Positions 40,680 through 49,539 are shown, numbered from the stretch's first letter. The stretch is 64,000 nucleotides of DNA from Burkholderiales bacterium (GCA_043746005.1 JAYTRR010000210.1:565-64564), one strand, 5' to 3'. The notes: generated by a model from the sequence alone, not told the origin. Translations and numbers: made by a program.

Positions 40680-41009
40680 CTAGCGTTGGCGCAGCGCCCA
40701 GCTCAACAGGAAGCCCGACGCAACTGCGATACCAAGCGACGTGAGCGGCTTTTCCTGCACGTAGGTGCGGCAAGTCTTGGTCAACCGAGACTGCGCCAAA
40801 GCCAACTGCTCTCCTTTGGAGTCCAGCGTTTTAGTGGCCATATTGGCCGCTCCCACAAGCTTGTCCACCGCTTGATGGACACCGTCAACCAGGTGGTCAA
40901 CCGCTGGTCGCGCTGCGTCGGTTGTTCTGTCGACAGCGTTGTGTACGCTTGCAGCCGCATGGTCCAGCGTGCGGGCCACGGCATTGCTCATATCGTTTAT
41001 TTCAGTCAT
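40680..41009 (-). CDS. ElaB/YqjD/DUF883-family protein
   Basis: C-terminal YVQEKPLTSLGIAVASGFLLS. Confidence 0.8.
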   Translation of the reverse strand: MTEINDMSNAVARTLDHAAASVHNAVDRTTDAARPAVDHLVDGVHQAVDKLVGAANMATKTLDSKGEQLALAQSRLTKTCRTYVQEKPLTSLGIAVASGFLLSWALRQR

Positions 41010-41041
41010 GTTATTTCTCTATCTTTTCGGAGATCGACGAT

Positions 41042-41623
41042 TCAAGGTTTGCCGAATGTGGCTTTGGCTTCCTTGAGGCAGTTGGTCTTGGCATCACCTG
41101 ACATCGCATCGCATTTTTCCTTGGCTACGGCGTAGGCTGCATCACGCTTGTCGGCTGCAGCGTCCTTGCGGACCTCCGTGGTCTTTTCGCGCGCTGTGGT
41201 GTTGGCTTCAGAAGTTTTCTCAACGACCTTGGCGTCTGCCTTGGCTGCTACAAAAGCACTTTTGGCCTCCTTGCGGCACACGTCCTTGCCGTTGCCGGAT
41301 GCGTCATCACATTTTTCCTTGGCGACTGCATAGGCTGCATCCGCTTTCGCAAGGCGCACGGCATAGCGGTGCTTGTCAGAAGGACTGTAGTTTTCTTCCA
41401 GTTCGGCCTTGGCAATTTTTTCCTGGCCTTTAGCTTCTTCAACGCAAATATCCTTCGCATTGCCGCTCTGTGACTTGCAGGCATCCTTGTCGGCTTTGTA
41501 CTTTGCCGAAATCTCCGCTTTCGATGCTTTGTACTCTGCCTTGGTCGGTGTTGCAGCAATCGCACTGGAGCCAACAAGAATAAGGAAGGCTGCGGATAAT
41601 GCGGTGAGTGTGAACTTTTTCAT
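41042..41623 (-). CDS. Secreted Ala/Lys-rich helical repeat protein with paired cysteines
   Basis: Signal peptide; three C-x5-(N/D)-x-K-x2-C units (ACKSQSGNAKDIC, KCDDASGNGKDVC, KCDAMSGDAKTNC). Confidence 0.75.
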   Translation of the reverse strand: MKKFTLTALSAAFLILVGSSAIAATPTKAEYKASKAEISAKYKADKDACKSQSGNAKDICVEEAKGQEKIAKAELEENYSPSDKHRYAVRLAKADAAYAVAKEKCDDASGNGKDVCRKEAKSAFVAAKADAKVVEKTSEANTTAREKTTEVRKDAAADKRDAAYAVAKEKCDAMSGDAKTNCLKEAKATFGKP

Positions 41624-41693
41624 AACTGGCTCCTGTAATTACATAGGGATGATGGAATGGAGCGCCGTCGTTTTGTTTCGACGCCCTGCGGCA

Positions 41694-41736
41694 AGAATAG
41701 TCGCGGGCCTTGCGCAGGTCTGTATGCCACCGCACA
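41694..41736 (-). promoter_or_regulatory. CRP-like box plus -10 for leftward operon
   Basis: Minus strand tgtgcg-gtgg-cataca, 21 nt, tattct. Confidence 0.65.
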
Positions 41737-41773
41737 TAGAAAAACTTGTTTTTATTGAGAAATATCAAAGCTG

Positions 41774-41816
41774 TGTGCGCCCGCGCACAGAAGGCCGGTG
41801 CGCAACCGATTAATCT
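41774..41816 (+). promoter_or_regulatory. CRP-like box plus -10 for BON operon
   Basis: Perfect dyad tgtgcg-cccg-cgcaca, 21 nt, taatct. Confidence 0.7.
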
Positions 41817-41846
41817 GCAGTTTTACATCAACCAGGAAAAGTAGCC

Positions 41847-42158
41847 ATGAGCCAAATCAAACACATTTCTGTACTGCTTGCAGCCCTTGCCATGACCGCC
41901 ATGGTGGGATGCGCATCCACAGCCACACAGGAGAGCACCGGTCAATATGTGGACGACACCGCCATCACCGCCAAGGTGAAGGCCGCAATTTTCAATGAGC
42001 CCACACTGAAGTCAGCCGAAATTAACGTCGAGACGTTCAAAGGCCGCGTTCAACTCAGTGGCTTCGTGAATTCGCAAGGCGATATCAACAAAACCGTAGC
42101 CGTGACACAAGCGGTCACGGGTGTCACTTCTGTCAAGAACGACATGCGTCTGAAATAG
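41847..42158 (+). CDS. BON-domain lipoprotein (OsmY-like)
   Basis: Lipobox MVGC; DDTAITAKVKA, INVETFKGRVQLSGFV, GV.SVKND. Confidence 0.9.
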   Translation: MSQIKHISVLLAALAMTAMVGCASTATQESTGQYVDDTAITAKVKAAIFNEPTLKSAEINVETFKGRVQLSGFVNSQGDINKTVAVTQAVTGVTSVKNDMRLK

Positions 42159-42193
42159 ACACGCCATCCCATTTTTTATACAAAGGACTTGAT

Positions 42194-42409
42194 ATGCAAA
42201 CACTCAAAAAATTAGCCGCCAGCTCGCTGGCTGTGACCGCCCTGCTAACGCTCGGTGCCTGCGCCGGAATGTCGGAGCGAGACCGAAACACAGCCATTGG
42301 TGCTGGCGTCGGAGCCGTCGGCGGCTCCGTACTGACCGGCGGTAGCACCGTGGGAACTGTTGGCGGTGCGGCGGTTGGCGGCATCATTGGCAATCAGATT
42401 AAAAAATAA
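42194..42409 (+). CDS. OsmB-like glycine-zipper lipoprotein
   Basis: LGAC; RNTAIGAGVGAVGGSVLTGGS..GTVGGAAVGGIIG. Confidence 0.85.
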   Translation: MQTLKKLAASSLAVTALLTLGACAGMSERDRNTAIGAGVGAVGGSVLTGGSTVGTVGGAAVGGIIGNQIKK

Positions 42410-42419
42410 TCAAATTGAC

Positions 42420-42998
42420 ATGAACACCCACATCAGCAAATTTCCCCAGTCGCTCATGTGGGTCGCAGGCATAGCGATCACGCTGTTCTGCGCGACGGGT
42501 ATTGCAGCCTTTATGGGCTGGATACCCAACTCCATGGGCCGCTCGGCGCAGGACACGGATTTCACCGTATCCGAACGACCCAACTCAGCGGAGTCCCGTA
42601 CCACAGCGGTCAACGCTGCGACCAAGAAACCGATAGCCTCAACAACGCAGCCCAAGGTTGTGAAATGCCCGGACTGCGGCCGGGTTGAGTCCGTGCAACA
42701 GATCAGCACCAAGGGTGAAGGCACCGGTCTGGGTGCTGCTGGCGGTGCGGTCGTAGGTGGTCTATTGGGCAACCAAGTGGGCGCAGGACAGGGTAAGGAC
42801 ATTGCTACCGTGATCGGCGCCGTAGGCGGCGTGATGGCTGGCAACGAGATTGAAAAACGGGCCCGCGCCACCACGGGGTACGACATCACCATTCGCATGA
42901 ATGATGGATCAACCCGTGTGATTCATCAGTCGGCACTGCCCTCATGGCGCACTGGAGACCCGGTCAAGCTGGTTTCAAATTCTCTCCAATCCAACTAA
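42420..42998 (+). CDS. Glycine-zipper 2TM protein (SlyB-like)
   Basis: CPDCG, GAAGGAVVGGLLGNQVGAGQG..IATV.GA..G...GN.IEK. Confidence 0.85.
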   Translation: MNTHISKFPQSLMWVAGIAITLFCATGIAAFMGWIPNSMGRSAQDTDFTVSERPNSAESRTTAVNAATKKPIASTTQPKVVKCPDCGRVESVQQISTKGEGTGLGAAGGAVVGGLLGNQVGAGQGKDIATVIGAVGGVMAGNEIEKRARATTGYDITIRMNDGSTRVIHQSALPSWRTGDPVKLVSNSLQSN

Positions 42999-43013
42999 CT
43001 CAGAGGAAACATC

Positions 43014-43160
43014 ATGCTCTACACCATTGCCGTCGTTCTTATCATTTTGTGGCTTCTGGGCCTGGTTACCTCCACCACCATGGGCGGCTTTGTCCACGTG
43101 CTACTGGTGATTGCCATCATCATGATCCTGCTGCGGGTCATCAACGGCCGCGGCCTGTAG
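43014..43160 (+). CDS. lmo0937-family small membrane protein (48 aa, absent from ORF track)
   Basis: RBS gagga; MLYTIAVVLIILWLLGLVTSTTMGGFVHVLLVIAIIMILLRVINGRGL. Confidence 0.85.
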   Translation: MLYTIAVVLIILWLLGLVTSTTMGGFVHVLLVIAIIMILLRVINGRGL

Positions 43161-43189
43161 ATACCTGATCGCGAGGCGGCAAGGTTGAT

Positions 43190-43444
43190 TCAATCCGGTA
43201 CAAACCGGTCATTGAACTTGGCCAGATCAATTTCCTGATCAAACGTTACCAGTTGCCCCATCTTCATGTCCGCCATCCGGCAGGCGGCAAAAAGACTTGC
43301 CTTTCCTTTGAAGTAGAAGTTGGGCAAATCAATGAGCGTGTAGGGATAGGGCACGAAGACCTGGTGCACAAAAACCTCGGCATGCACGTTGCGCGGAGAG
43401 GGAAAGAGTTTGTAGTCCGCAGTGGTAAATGCTTTTTCAGCCAT
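43190..43444 (-). CDS. Hypothetical protein
   Basis: MAEKAFTTADYKLFPSPRN...FVPYPY.LIDL...GQLVTF; globular-looking; start uncertain (43444 or 43480). Confidence 0.6.
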   Translation of the reverse strand: MAEKAFTTADYKLFPSPRNVHAEVFVHQVFVPYPYTLIDLPNFYFKGKASLFAACRMADMKMGQLVTFDQEIDLAKFNDRFVPD

Positions 43445-43509
43445 GGATTCGACAATCTCAAAAATCAAAGACGCTAGCATAGGGCTTGAACCCACATCAG
43501 GAGCAACCC

Positions 43510-43741
43510 ATGGCCGATACGCCCGCAACACCTCCACAAGACAAACGCAGCATCTGGATGCGCGCCTTGATGATGATCCTGATGGCAATGGATTTTTGCA
43601 CTTGTCAGTGGCACGCCCAACGCCCGCTTGACTCGTGTGGGCAAGGCTGTGGGCAGCTATCTCCGGCAGATTGCTGACTTTGTGAGCTTTGGCACCGAAG
43701 AGGTGCCCTTCCCGTTCAACGACTGGCCATCGTCGAACTAA
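43510..43741 (+). pseudogene. DUF4389-family membrane protein, internally deleted and frameshifted
   Basis: RBS ggag; MADTP...IWMRALMMIL, then another frame FALVSGTPNARL...YLRQIADFVSFGTEEVPFPFNDWP*. Confidence 0.7.
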
Positions 43742-43807
43742 CCTTGCACTGGGAGTCGCGCGCCAGGCGCTATGCTTGCGGTTTTTGCATAAAGCACGGG
43801 AGACTGC

Positions 43808-44278
43808 ATGATGTTGTCGCTTTTTCCACTGGGGTGGGAGCATTACCTGACCGGGGGACTGTTGATCGGAGCCGGGGTGAGTCTGTTATTTATCCTGACC
43901 GGCTGGGTGGGCGGCATGAGCACGGTCTTTACCAGCACCTGGTCATACGTGTCCCGTCGGCCTTTCTTTCAGCAAGACCGGTTTGTTGAGACGAGAGTCT
44001 GGCGACTTGTTTTCGCATTCGGGTTGGTGCTGGGCGCCGCCATCTGGTGGATCTGGATGGGGCCGACCGGCGGACTGCGCACGGGCGTACCCCTGTGGCA
44101 GCTGGGCGTTGGCGGATTGCTGGTGGGCTTTGGTGCACGGCAGTCGAATGGGTGCACATCAGGTCATGGCATCTGCGGCCTGAGTTCGCTGCAATGGCCC
44201 TCACTAATGGCGGTGCTTACCTTCATGGCCACCGGTTTTGTTACCGCCAATGTGGTGCTGTTGATGGGAGGCCGCTAA
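43808..44278 (+). CDS. YeeE/YedE-family sulfur transporter subunit
   Basis: GGLLIG, GLLVGFGA..SNGCTSGHGICG. Confidence 0.88.
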   Translation: MMLSLFPLGWEHYLTGGLLIGAGVSLLFILTGWVGGMSTVFTSTWSYVSRRPFFQQDRFVETRVWRLVFAFGLVLGAAIWWIWMGPTGGLRTGVPLWQLGVGGLLVGFGARQSNGCTSGHGICGLSSLQWPSLMAVLTFMATGFVTANVVLLMGGR

Positions 44279-44703
44279 TGTCTTTTTCCAAATTTCTTGC
44301 TGTGGTTGTCAGCGGTATCCTGTTTGGCTTTGGGCTGGCAGTCTCCAGCATGGTGTCGCCTGAGGTGGTGCTGCGCTTCCTGCGTTTTCAGGACTTTGGC
44401 CTGATGCTGGTGATGGGTGGGGCCGTCTGCGTTACCGTGCTGGTGTATCAATTGGCGCCCCGCCTGCTGGGCCGCCCTGTGCTGGGAGACCATTTTGCGG
44501 TGCGACCGTCCGTGCTGGACCGGGATACCGTGGTCGGGGCGGCCATTTTTGGTATCGGCTGGGGCCTGTGCGGGGTGTGTCCCGGCCCGGCAATTGCCGG
44601 TTTGGGCACCGGCAACTGGTCGCTCGTGGTGGCCTTGGCAGGTATTACTGCAGGCGCTTACGCGCAGGGTTGGCTGAAGGACCGCAAGACGAACGGGGCT
44701 TAA
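44278..44703 (+). CDS. YeeE/YedE-family partner subunit
   Basis: GILFGFGL..S.M..P..V..FL, FGIGWGL.G.CPGPA; TAATG overlap. Confidence 0.88.
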   Translation: MSFSKFLAVVVSGILFGFGLAVSSMVSPEVVLRFLRFQDFGLMLVMGGAVCVTVLVYQLAPRLLGRPVLGDHFAVRPSVLDRDTVVGAAIFGIGWGLCGVCPGPAIAGLGTGNWSLVVALAGITAGAYAQGWLKDRKTNGA

Positions 44704-44712
44704 AAAGCCTTT

Positions 44713-44767
44713 AAATATGACTGAATCTCCCGTACTCATTGCACAAGCAGCTATCTATTTAATAGCA
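44713..44767 (+). repeat. 55-bp dispersed element, copy 7
   Basis: aaatatgactgaatctcccgtactcattgcacaagcagctatctatttaatagca. Confidence 0.85.
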
Positions 44768-44879
44768 AATATTACTTAAATACTCCTTTTACATTGTTCA
44801 ATCCTCTGTGCCATACTGATTATTGAGGGGGACGCACGAGTCGTCCCTGTCGTCTGAATCTACTTCCCGGAGAGAAACC

Positions 44880-45210
44880 ATGGCGATCGATACTCACATC
44901 AAATTCAACGGCATTGAAGGCGAGTCGACCGCGTCGGACCACAAAGGCGAAATCGAGGTGCTGTCCTGAATTGGGGGGCTCGCCCAGTCCGCTGCGGGCC
45001 CTGCAGCGACAGAAGTTGGATCCGCCCAAACTCAAACCAATCCCCGAGCAGTTTTGCGTGGCACACCACTACGACAAGGCATCACCATTGCTGGCAAAAA
45101 ATGCGGCCTCCGGAAAAACCATCAAAACCGCCGTCCTGACAGCCCGCAAGGCCGGCGAGGGTCAGAAAGATTTTCTCAAGATCACGATGAAGGAAGTCTT
45201 CGTCACCTCC
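44880..45210 (+). pseudogene. hcp: T6SS Hcp-family tube protein remnant
   Basis: RBS ggag; MAIDTHIKFNGIEGEST..DHKGEIEVLS*, TGA at 44967; frameshift; YDKASPLL..NAASGK.IK.AVLTARKAGEGQKDFLKITMKEVFVTS; C-terminus absent. Confidence 0.8.
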
Positions 45211-45431
45211 AGCTCTTGTACCCCAACAGGGACCGGCAGGTTCCAGACGCAGAACTCCTGGCGTTGCTGGAGCAAGTCAACCTGCCCGATATGGCCGACC
45301 GATTTGGCGGGCTGGACGTGGAGATGGATTGGGAAGGAGTGCTGCCCATCGGCGAACAACTACGCCTTGCCTTCGCCCGTGTGCTGCTGACGCGTCCCCG
45401 GTTCGCCATACTGGACGAAGCCACCAGCGCA
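45192..45431 (+). pseudogene. ABC transporter ATPase fragment (ABCD/YddA-like) fused to hcp remnant
   Basis: GSLR..QLLYP...LEQVNL....RFGGLD...DW...L..GEQ.RLAFARVLL.RP.FAILDEATSA; no Walker A. Confidence 0.75.
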
Positions 45432-45558
45432 CCGCTCTACGATTCTGAAATACCGCAAGCAGGTACTGGAACTCACTGGCGATGGCCAGCGGCAAGCACG
45501 GTCCGCAGCAGGCTATCGCTTCGACCTGTAGCAACAACTGGAATATGTATTTGCCGAA

Positions 45559-45601
45559 GGTGCGCCAGCGAACAGTGGAGATTCTGAGAGCGTGTTACGG
45601 T
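45559..45601 (+). promoter_or_regulatory. CRP-like box plus -10 upstream of hybrid kinase
   Basis: ggtgcg-ccag-cgaaca, 21 nt, tacggt. Confidence 0.6.
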
Positions 45602-45658
45602 CGGGCTTCACCCCAAAAGCACAGATTTTGCGATTTGACGCTCTTACCTAGAAGAACA

Positions 45659-48352
45659 ATGAAAAAAACCACCGTTGAACAGATGCTGCTGACAGGTTTC
45701 AGCCTGACGCTAGCGGTCTTGCTCCTGGTAGGCGCCATTGCCTGGAACATCGTCACGCCCCTGGCTCCGTTCCAGTCGGTAGACCATACCCGGCAGGTGA
45801 TGTCCACTTTGGACGAGATGCGCTTCCATGTGGATCGGGTCGAGTCCCGCCAATGGGGCTACTTTCTAACCCACGAAAAAAAGTTTCTGGCGGACCGCGC
45901 TGAGGCAGTGAGAGCCCTCAAGCCGGACTTTGCAGAATTGCTGGTGTTGACGGAAGACAACGGCATACAGCATGCGCTCATTGAAGAGTTGCAAGCGGCG
46001 GTCGACCGGCGAACGGCCCTCCTGGATGCGAGACTCGAATTGTTTGAAGTGGACGGCAACAATGCCTCAAGCGATCAAATCGCCGCAGGGCAGGCGGCAG
46101 CCACTCTGGTGCAGGATCTCACCAAAAGGGCCGAGGCCAATGAACAAGTCCTGCTCAAGTCCCGCAAGTCCAATGAGTTGTCGCGGCTGATGATCATCTT
46201 CGGGAGTATTGCTCTGCTCCTGGTTTTTCTGGCATTTCTGACTTTGCGCATACTGCGAACCATTCGTACACGCACTGCAGAAAAAAAACTGGCTTTAGAA
46301 GCACGCGAGACCCTGATTAAAACCGGAGCCTTGCAAAATGCGATTTTTCAGAGCGCCAACTTCTCCAGCATTGCCACCGATGCGCAGGGCGTGATCCAGA
46401 TTTTCAACGTCGGCGCCGAGCGCATGCTGGGCTACAAGGCCGAAGAAGTGATGAACAAGAGCACGCCCGCTGACATTTCAGATGCGGGGGAACTGGTAGC
46501 CCGGGCTGCCGCCTTGAGCCAGGAATTGAGTACCCCCATCACCCCAGGCTTTGAAGCACTGGTGTTCAAGGCTTCGCGCGGCATCGAAGACATTTATGAA
46601 CTCACCTACATCCGCAAGGATGGCAGCCGGTTTCCGGCGATTGTATCGGTCACCGCGTTGCGTGATGAACAGGACAAGGTCATCGGCTACCTGCTGATTG
46701 GCACCGACAACACAGCGCGTAAGCGCGTTGAAGCAGAACAGGCGCTGCTGGACCAGCGTTTGCGCGATCAGCAGTTCTACACCCGCTCGCTCATCGAGTC
46801 GAACATCGACGCCATCATGACCACGGACCCGCGCGGCATCATCAGTGACGTCAACCAGCAAATGCAGGAGCTGACCGGCTGCTCGCGTGATGAATTGATC
46901 GGTGCACCCTTCAAGAAATTCTTTACCGACCCCGATCGGGCCGATGCAGCCATCAGCCGTGTGCTGAGCGAAGGCAAGGTCACCAACTACGAATTGACCG
47001 CCCATGCCAGGGATGGGACTGAGACGGTCGTGTCCTACAACGCGACCACCTTCCATGACCGGGACCGCAATTTGCAGGGCGTTTTCGCAGCGGCCCGCGA
47101 CGTCACCGAGCGCAAGCAGTTTGAGTTGGCGCAGCAAAAAAATAACGTGGAGCTGGAAGCTGCGACGGCCGCGGCAGAAAAGGCCAATCGTGCCAAATCA
47201 GAGTTTCTCTCCAGCATGAGTCATGAGCTGCGCACGCCGCTCAATGCCATCCTGGGCTTCGCCCAGCTCATTGAGACCGGTCTGCCGGCGCCCACGCCCG
47301 TTCAGAAGCGAAACATCGATCAAATTCTGACCGCCGGCTGGTACTTGCTGGAATTGATTAACGAGATTCTGGACCTCGCGTTGATCGAGTCGGGTCGGTT
47401 AACACTGTCCAAAGAGGCTGTCTCACTGAACGAAATGATGCTGGAGTGTCAGAACATGATCGAACCGCAGGCACAGAAGCGCGGTATCGGCATGACCTTC
47501 CAGGGTTTCGACGCCCCCTACTTTGTCAAGGCGGACCGCACCCGCGTGAAACAGATTTTGGTGAATCTGTTGTTCAATGCGGTCAAGTACAACCAGGCCA
47601 GCGGTTCGGTTTCAGTGGAATACATTGTTGGTACTGCCAACTCCATTCGCATCAGCGTGCGGGACACCGGGCTGGGGCTGTCACCCGAGCAACTCGCGCA
47701 GCTTTTCCAGCCATTCAATCGCCTCGGCAAAGAGAACAGCACAGAGGACGGCACCGGCATTGGCCTGGTCGTGACCAAGCGACTGGTCGAGTTGATGGGA
47801 GGCACCATCGGGGCGGAGAGCGTGGCCGGTGTGGGGAGCGTGTTCTGGTTCGAATTGAACCTGACTGCGCCACCAAAACTGGCAGCACTGGGGGTAGAAC
47901 ATGCGGAGCAAGCACTACTACCGGCACCGCTGAACGCGCATCTGCACACACTACTCTACGTAGAAGACAACCCGGCCAACCTGGAACTGGTGGAGCAACT
48001 GATTTCCAGGCGCTCCGACCTGCACCTGCTCACTGCGTCCGATGGCAACATGGGCATCGAATTTGCGCGGGCCTGCCAGCCACAGGTGATTCTGATGGAC
48101 ATCAACCTGCCCGGCATCAGCGGAATTGATGCCATGCGCATCCTGCGGGCAGACCCAACAACAACGCACATTCCGATCATCGCGGTCAGCGCCAACGCAG
48201 CCCCTGGCGACATCGCAAAGGGGCTTCATGCAGGTTTCTTCCGGTACATCACCAAACCCATCAAGGTCAGTCAATTCATGGAAGTCTTGAACGAGGCTCT
48301 GGTCTTCTCGCAGACACAAGAAGGCCACTCCGCGGAACAAGAGCCCACCTGA
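45659..48352 (+). CDS. Hybrid sensor kinase CHASE3-PAS-PAS-HisKA-HATPase-REC
   Basis: TM-VDHT..V...ESRQ.GY.LT-TM; two PAS; FLSSMSHELRTPLNAI; GTGIGL; YVEDNPAN, LMDINLPG, YITKP. Confidence 0.9.
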   Translation: MKKTTVEQMLLTGFSLTLAVLLLVGAIAWNIVTPLAPFQSVDHTRQVMSTLDEMRFHVDRVESRQWGYFLTHEKKFLADRAEAVRALKPDFAELLVLTEDNGIQHALIEELQAAVDRRTALLDARLELFEVDGNNASSDQIAAGQAAATLVQDLTKRAEANEQVLLKSRKSNELSRLMIIFGSIALLLVFLAFLTLRILRTIRTRTAEKKLALEARETLIKTGALQNAIFQSANFSSIATDAQGVIQIFNVGAERMLGYKAEEVMNKSTPADISDAGELVARAAALSQELSTPITPGFEALVFKASRGIEDIYELTYIRKDGSRFPAIVSVTALRDEQDKVIGYLLIGTDNTARKRVEAEQALLDQRLRDQQFYTRSLIESNIDAIMTTDPRGIISDVNQQMQELTGCSRDELIGAPFKKFFTDPDRADAAISRVLSEGKVTNYELTAHARDGTETVVSYNATTFHDRDRNLQGVFAAARDVTERKQFELAQQKNNVELEAATAAAEKANRAKSEFLSSMSHELRTPLNAILGFAQLIETGLPAPTPVQKRNIDQILTAGWYLLELINEILDLALIESGRLTLSKEAVSLNEMMLECQNMIEPQAQKRGIGMTFQGFDAPYFVKADRTRVKQILVNLLFNAVKYNQASGSVSVEYIVGTANSIRISVRDTGLGLSPEQLAQLFQPFNRLGKENSTEDGTGIGLVVTKRLVELMGGTIGAESVAGVGSVFWFELNLTAPPKLAALGVEHAEQALLPAPLNAHLHTLLYVEDNPANLELVEQLISRRSDLHLLTASDGNMGIEFARACQPQVILMDINLPGISGIDAMRILRADPTTTHIPIIAVSANAAPGDIAKGLHAGFFRYITKPIKVSQFMEVLNEALVFSQTQEGHSAEQEPT

Positions 48353-48395
48353 GGTCACCCAGAAGGCCGTTTATTTACGACCTCCAATCGACGCG

Positions 48396-48438
48396 TATGT
48401 GGCGGCGAACAGACTCCACGCACCGATCGGAACAAAGT
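48396..48438 (+). promoter_or_regulatory. Weaker CRP-like box upstream of small lipoprotein
   Basis: tatgtg-gcgg-cgaaca, 21 nt, caaagt. Confidence 0.45.
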
Positions 48439-48485
48439 GCAGGTAGCGGTCCGTTTTGGCCGTGTGCTACTCAAGAGGAATCGTT

Positions 48486-48617
48486 ATGAAATATTCATTG
48501 ACATTGGTGGCTTTGGCTACCGTGCTGGGTCTGGGTGCATGTACGGGCCCCATGGGTCCGCAAGGCAACACCGGTACCGGCGACAGCACTATTCTGGTCG
48601 TACCACCCACACGTTGA
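48486..48617 (+). CDS. 43-aa lipoprotein with short collagen-like G-X-Y run (absent from ORF track)
   Basis: RBS gagga; MKYSLTLVALATVLGLGAC-TGPMGPQGNTGTGDSTILVVPPTR. Confidence 0.7.
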   Translation: MKYSLTLVALATVLGLGACTGPMGPQGNTGTGDSTILVVPPTR

Positions 48618-48619
48618 TA

Positions 48620-49408
48620 TCAGGCTTTACCCGGCACGTCCACCTGGCCCCCCAGGTGCATTCCAGAATCCAGCAACACCAACTCGCCCGTCACGGTGCG
48701 GGCACCGTCCACCAGCCAGACAACGGCATCGGCCACATCTTCAGGGCTGCAGGCACGCCTTAACGGCGTCGCTTTTTCGTAAGACGCCTTCACCTTCTCA
48801 TAGCCTTCCTGGCCAATTCCATCGACAAACCAGCGTGAGGTAATGAGCCCCGGGCAGACGGCATTCACCCGAATTTCCGGCGCCAGTGCACGCGCCAGAT
48901 AGAGCGTCATGGCATTGATCGCACCCTTGGATGCGATGTAGGGCACCGATGAGCCAATACCCAGCGCCCCGGCAATGGAAGACACATTGATGATAGCGCC
49001 TTCGCCCCCCGCCTTCAGATGCGGGACACAGGCACGCACCATCTGAAAAGCACCCACCGTGTTGACACCCAGAATGTGCTGAAAGGTTTGTGCATCCAGC
49101 GCGTCCCAGTTGGCGGCACCGGCAAATGAGGTGATGCCCGCATTGTTCACCAGCGCATCGATGCGCCTCCAGCGTGTAACAGCGGCCTGCGCAATGGCTC
49201 TGCAGTCGGCATCCACGGCCACATCGCCCTGCACCAGCAGGGTGTCTGCGCCTGCACGCTGACAGGCGGCTTGCGATTCCTGGGCCTCCGCCACGCTCTT
49301 GGAGTAGTTGATCAGCACGTTGTAGCCACGCCGGGCCAGCAGCAGCGCGGTGGCAGCGCCCACACCGGTTGCCGAGCCGGTAACAATGGCAACTTTGCGT
49401 TCACTCAT
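48620..49408 (-). CDS. SDR-family oxidoreductase
   Basis: TGSATGVG, NNAG, YIASKG, VCPG. Confidence 0.88.
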   Translation of the reverse strand: MSERKVAIVTGSATGVGAATALLLARRGYNVLINYSKSVAEAQESQAACQRAGADTLLVQGDVAVDADCRAIAQAAVTRWRRIDALVNNAGITSFAGAANWDALDAQTFQHILGVNTVGAFQMVRACVPHLKAGGEGAIINVSSIAGALGIGSSVPYIASKGAINAMTLYLARALAPEIRVNAVCPGLITSRWFVDGIGQEGYEKVKASYEKATPLRRACSPEDVADAVVWLVDGARTVTGELVLLDSGMHLGGQVDVPGKA

Positions 49409-49457
49409 GGAGTCTCCTTGGGTTGTTTTGGCCATTGTGCCGCATGATCTGTGGGAA

Positions 49458-49512
49458 GAATAGGGCTTCATCCCTCGTGTCTATTGCGTAAGCAGCTACT
49501 AATTCAATAGCA
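49458..49512 (+). repeat. 55-bp dispersed element, copy 8
   Basis: gaatagggcttcatccctcgtgtctattgcgtaagcagctactaattcaatagca. Confidence 0.9.
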
Positions 49513-49539
49513 AAATGAATCTGCACCCGTGAGCCAAAC

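Noticed and set aside
44880-45210. Functional type VI secretion locus
   Set aside because: Only a broken hcp; no tss or vgrG genes in the window.
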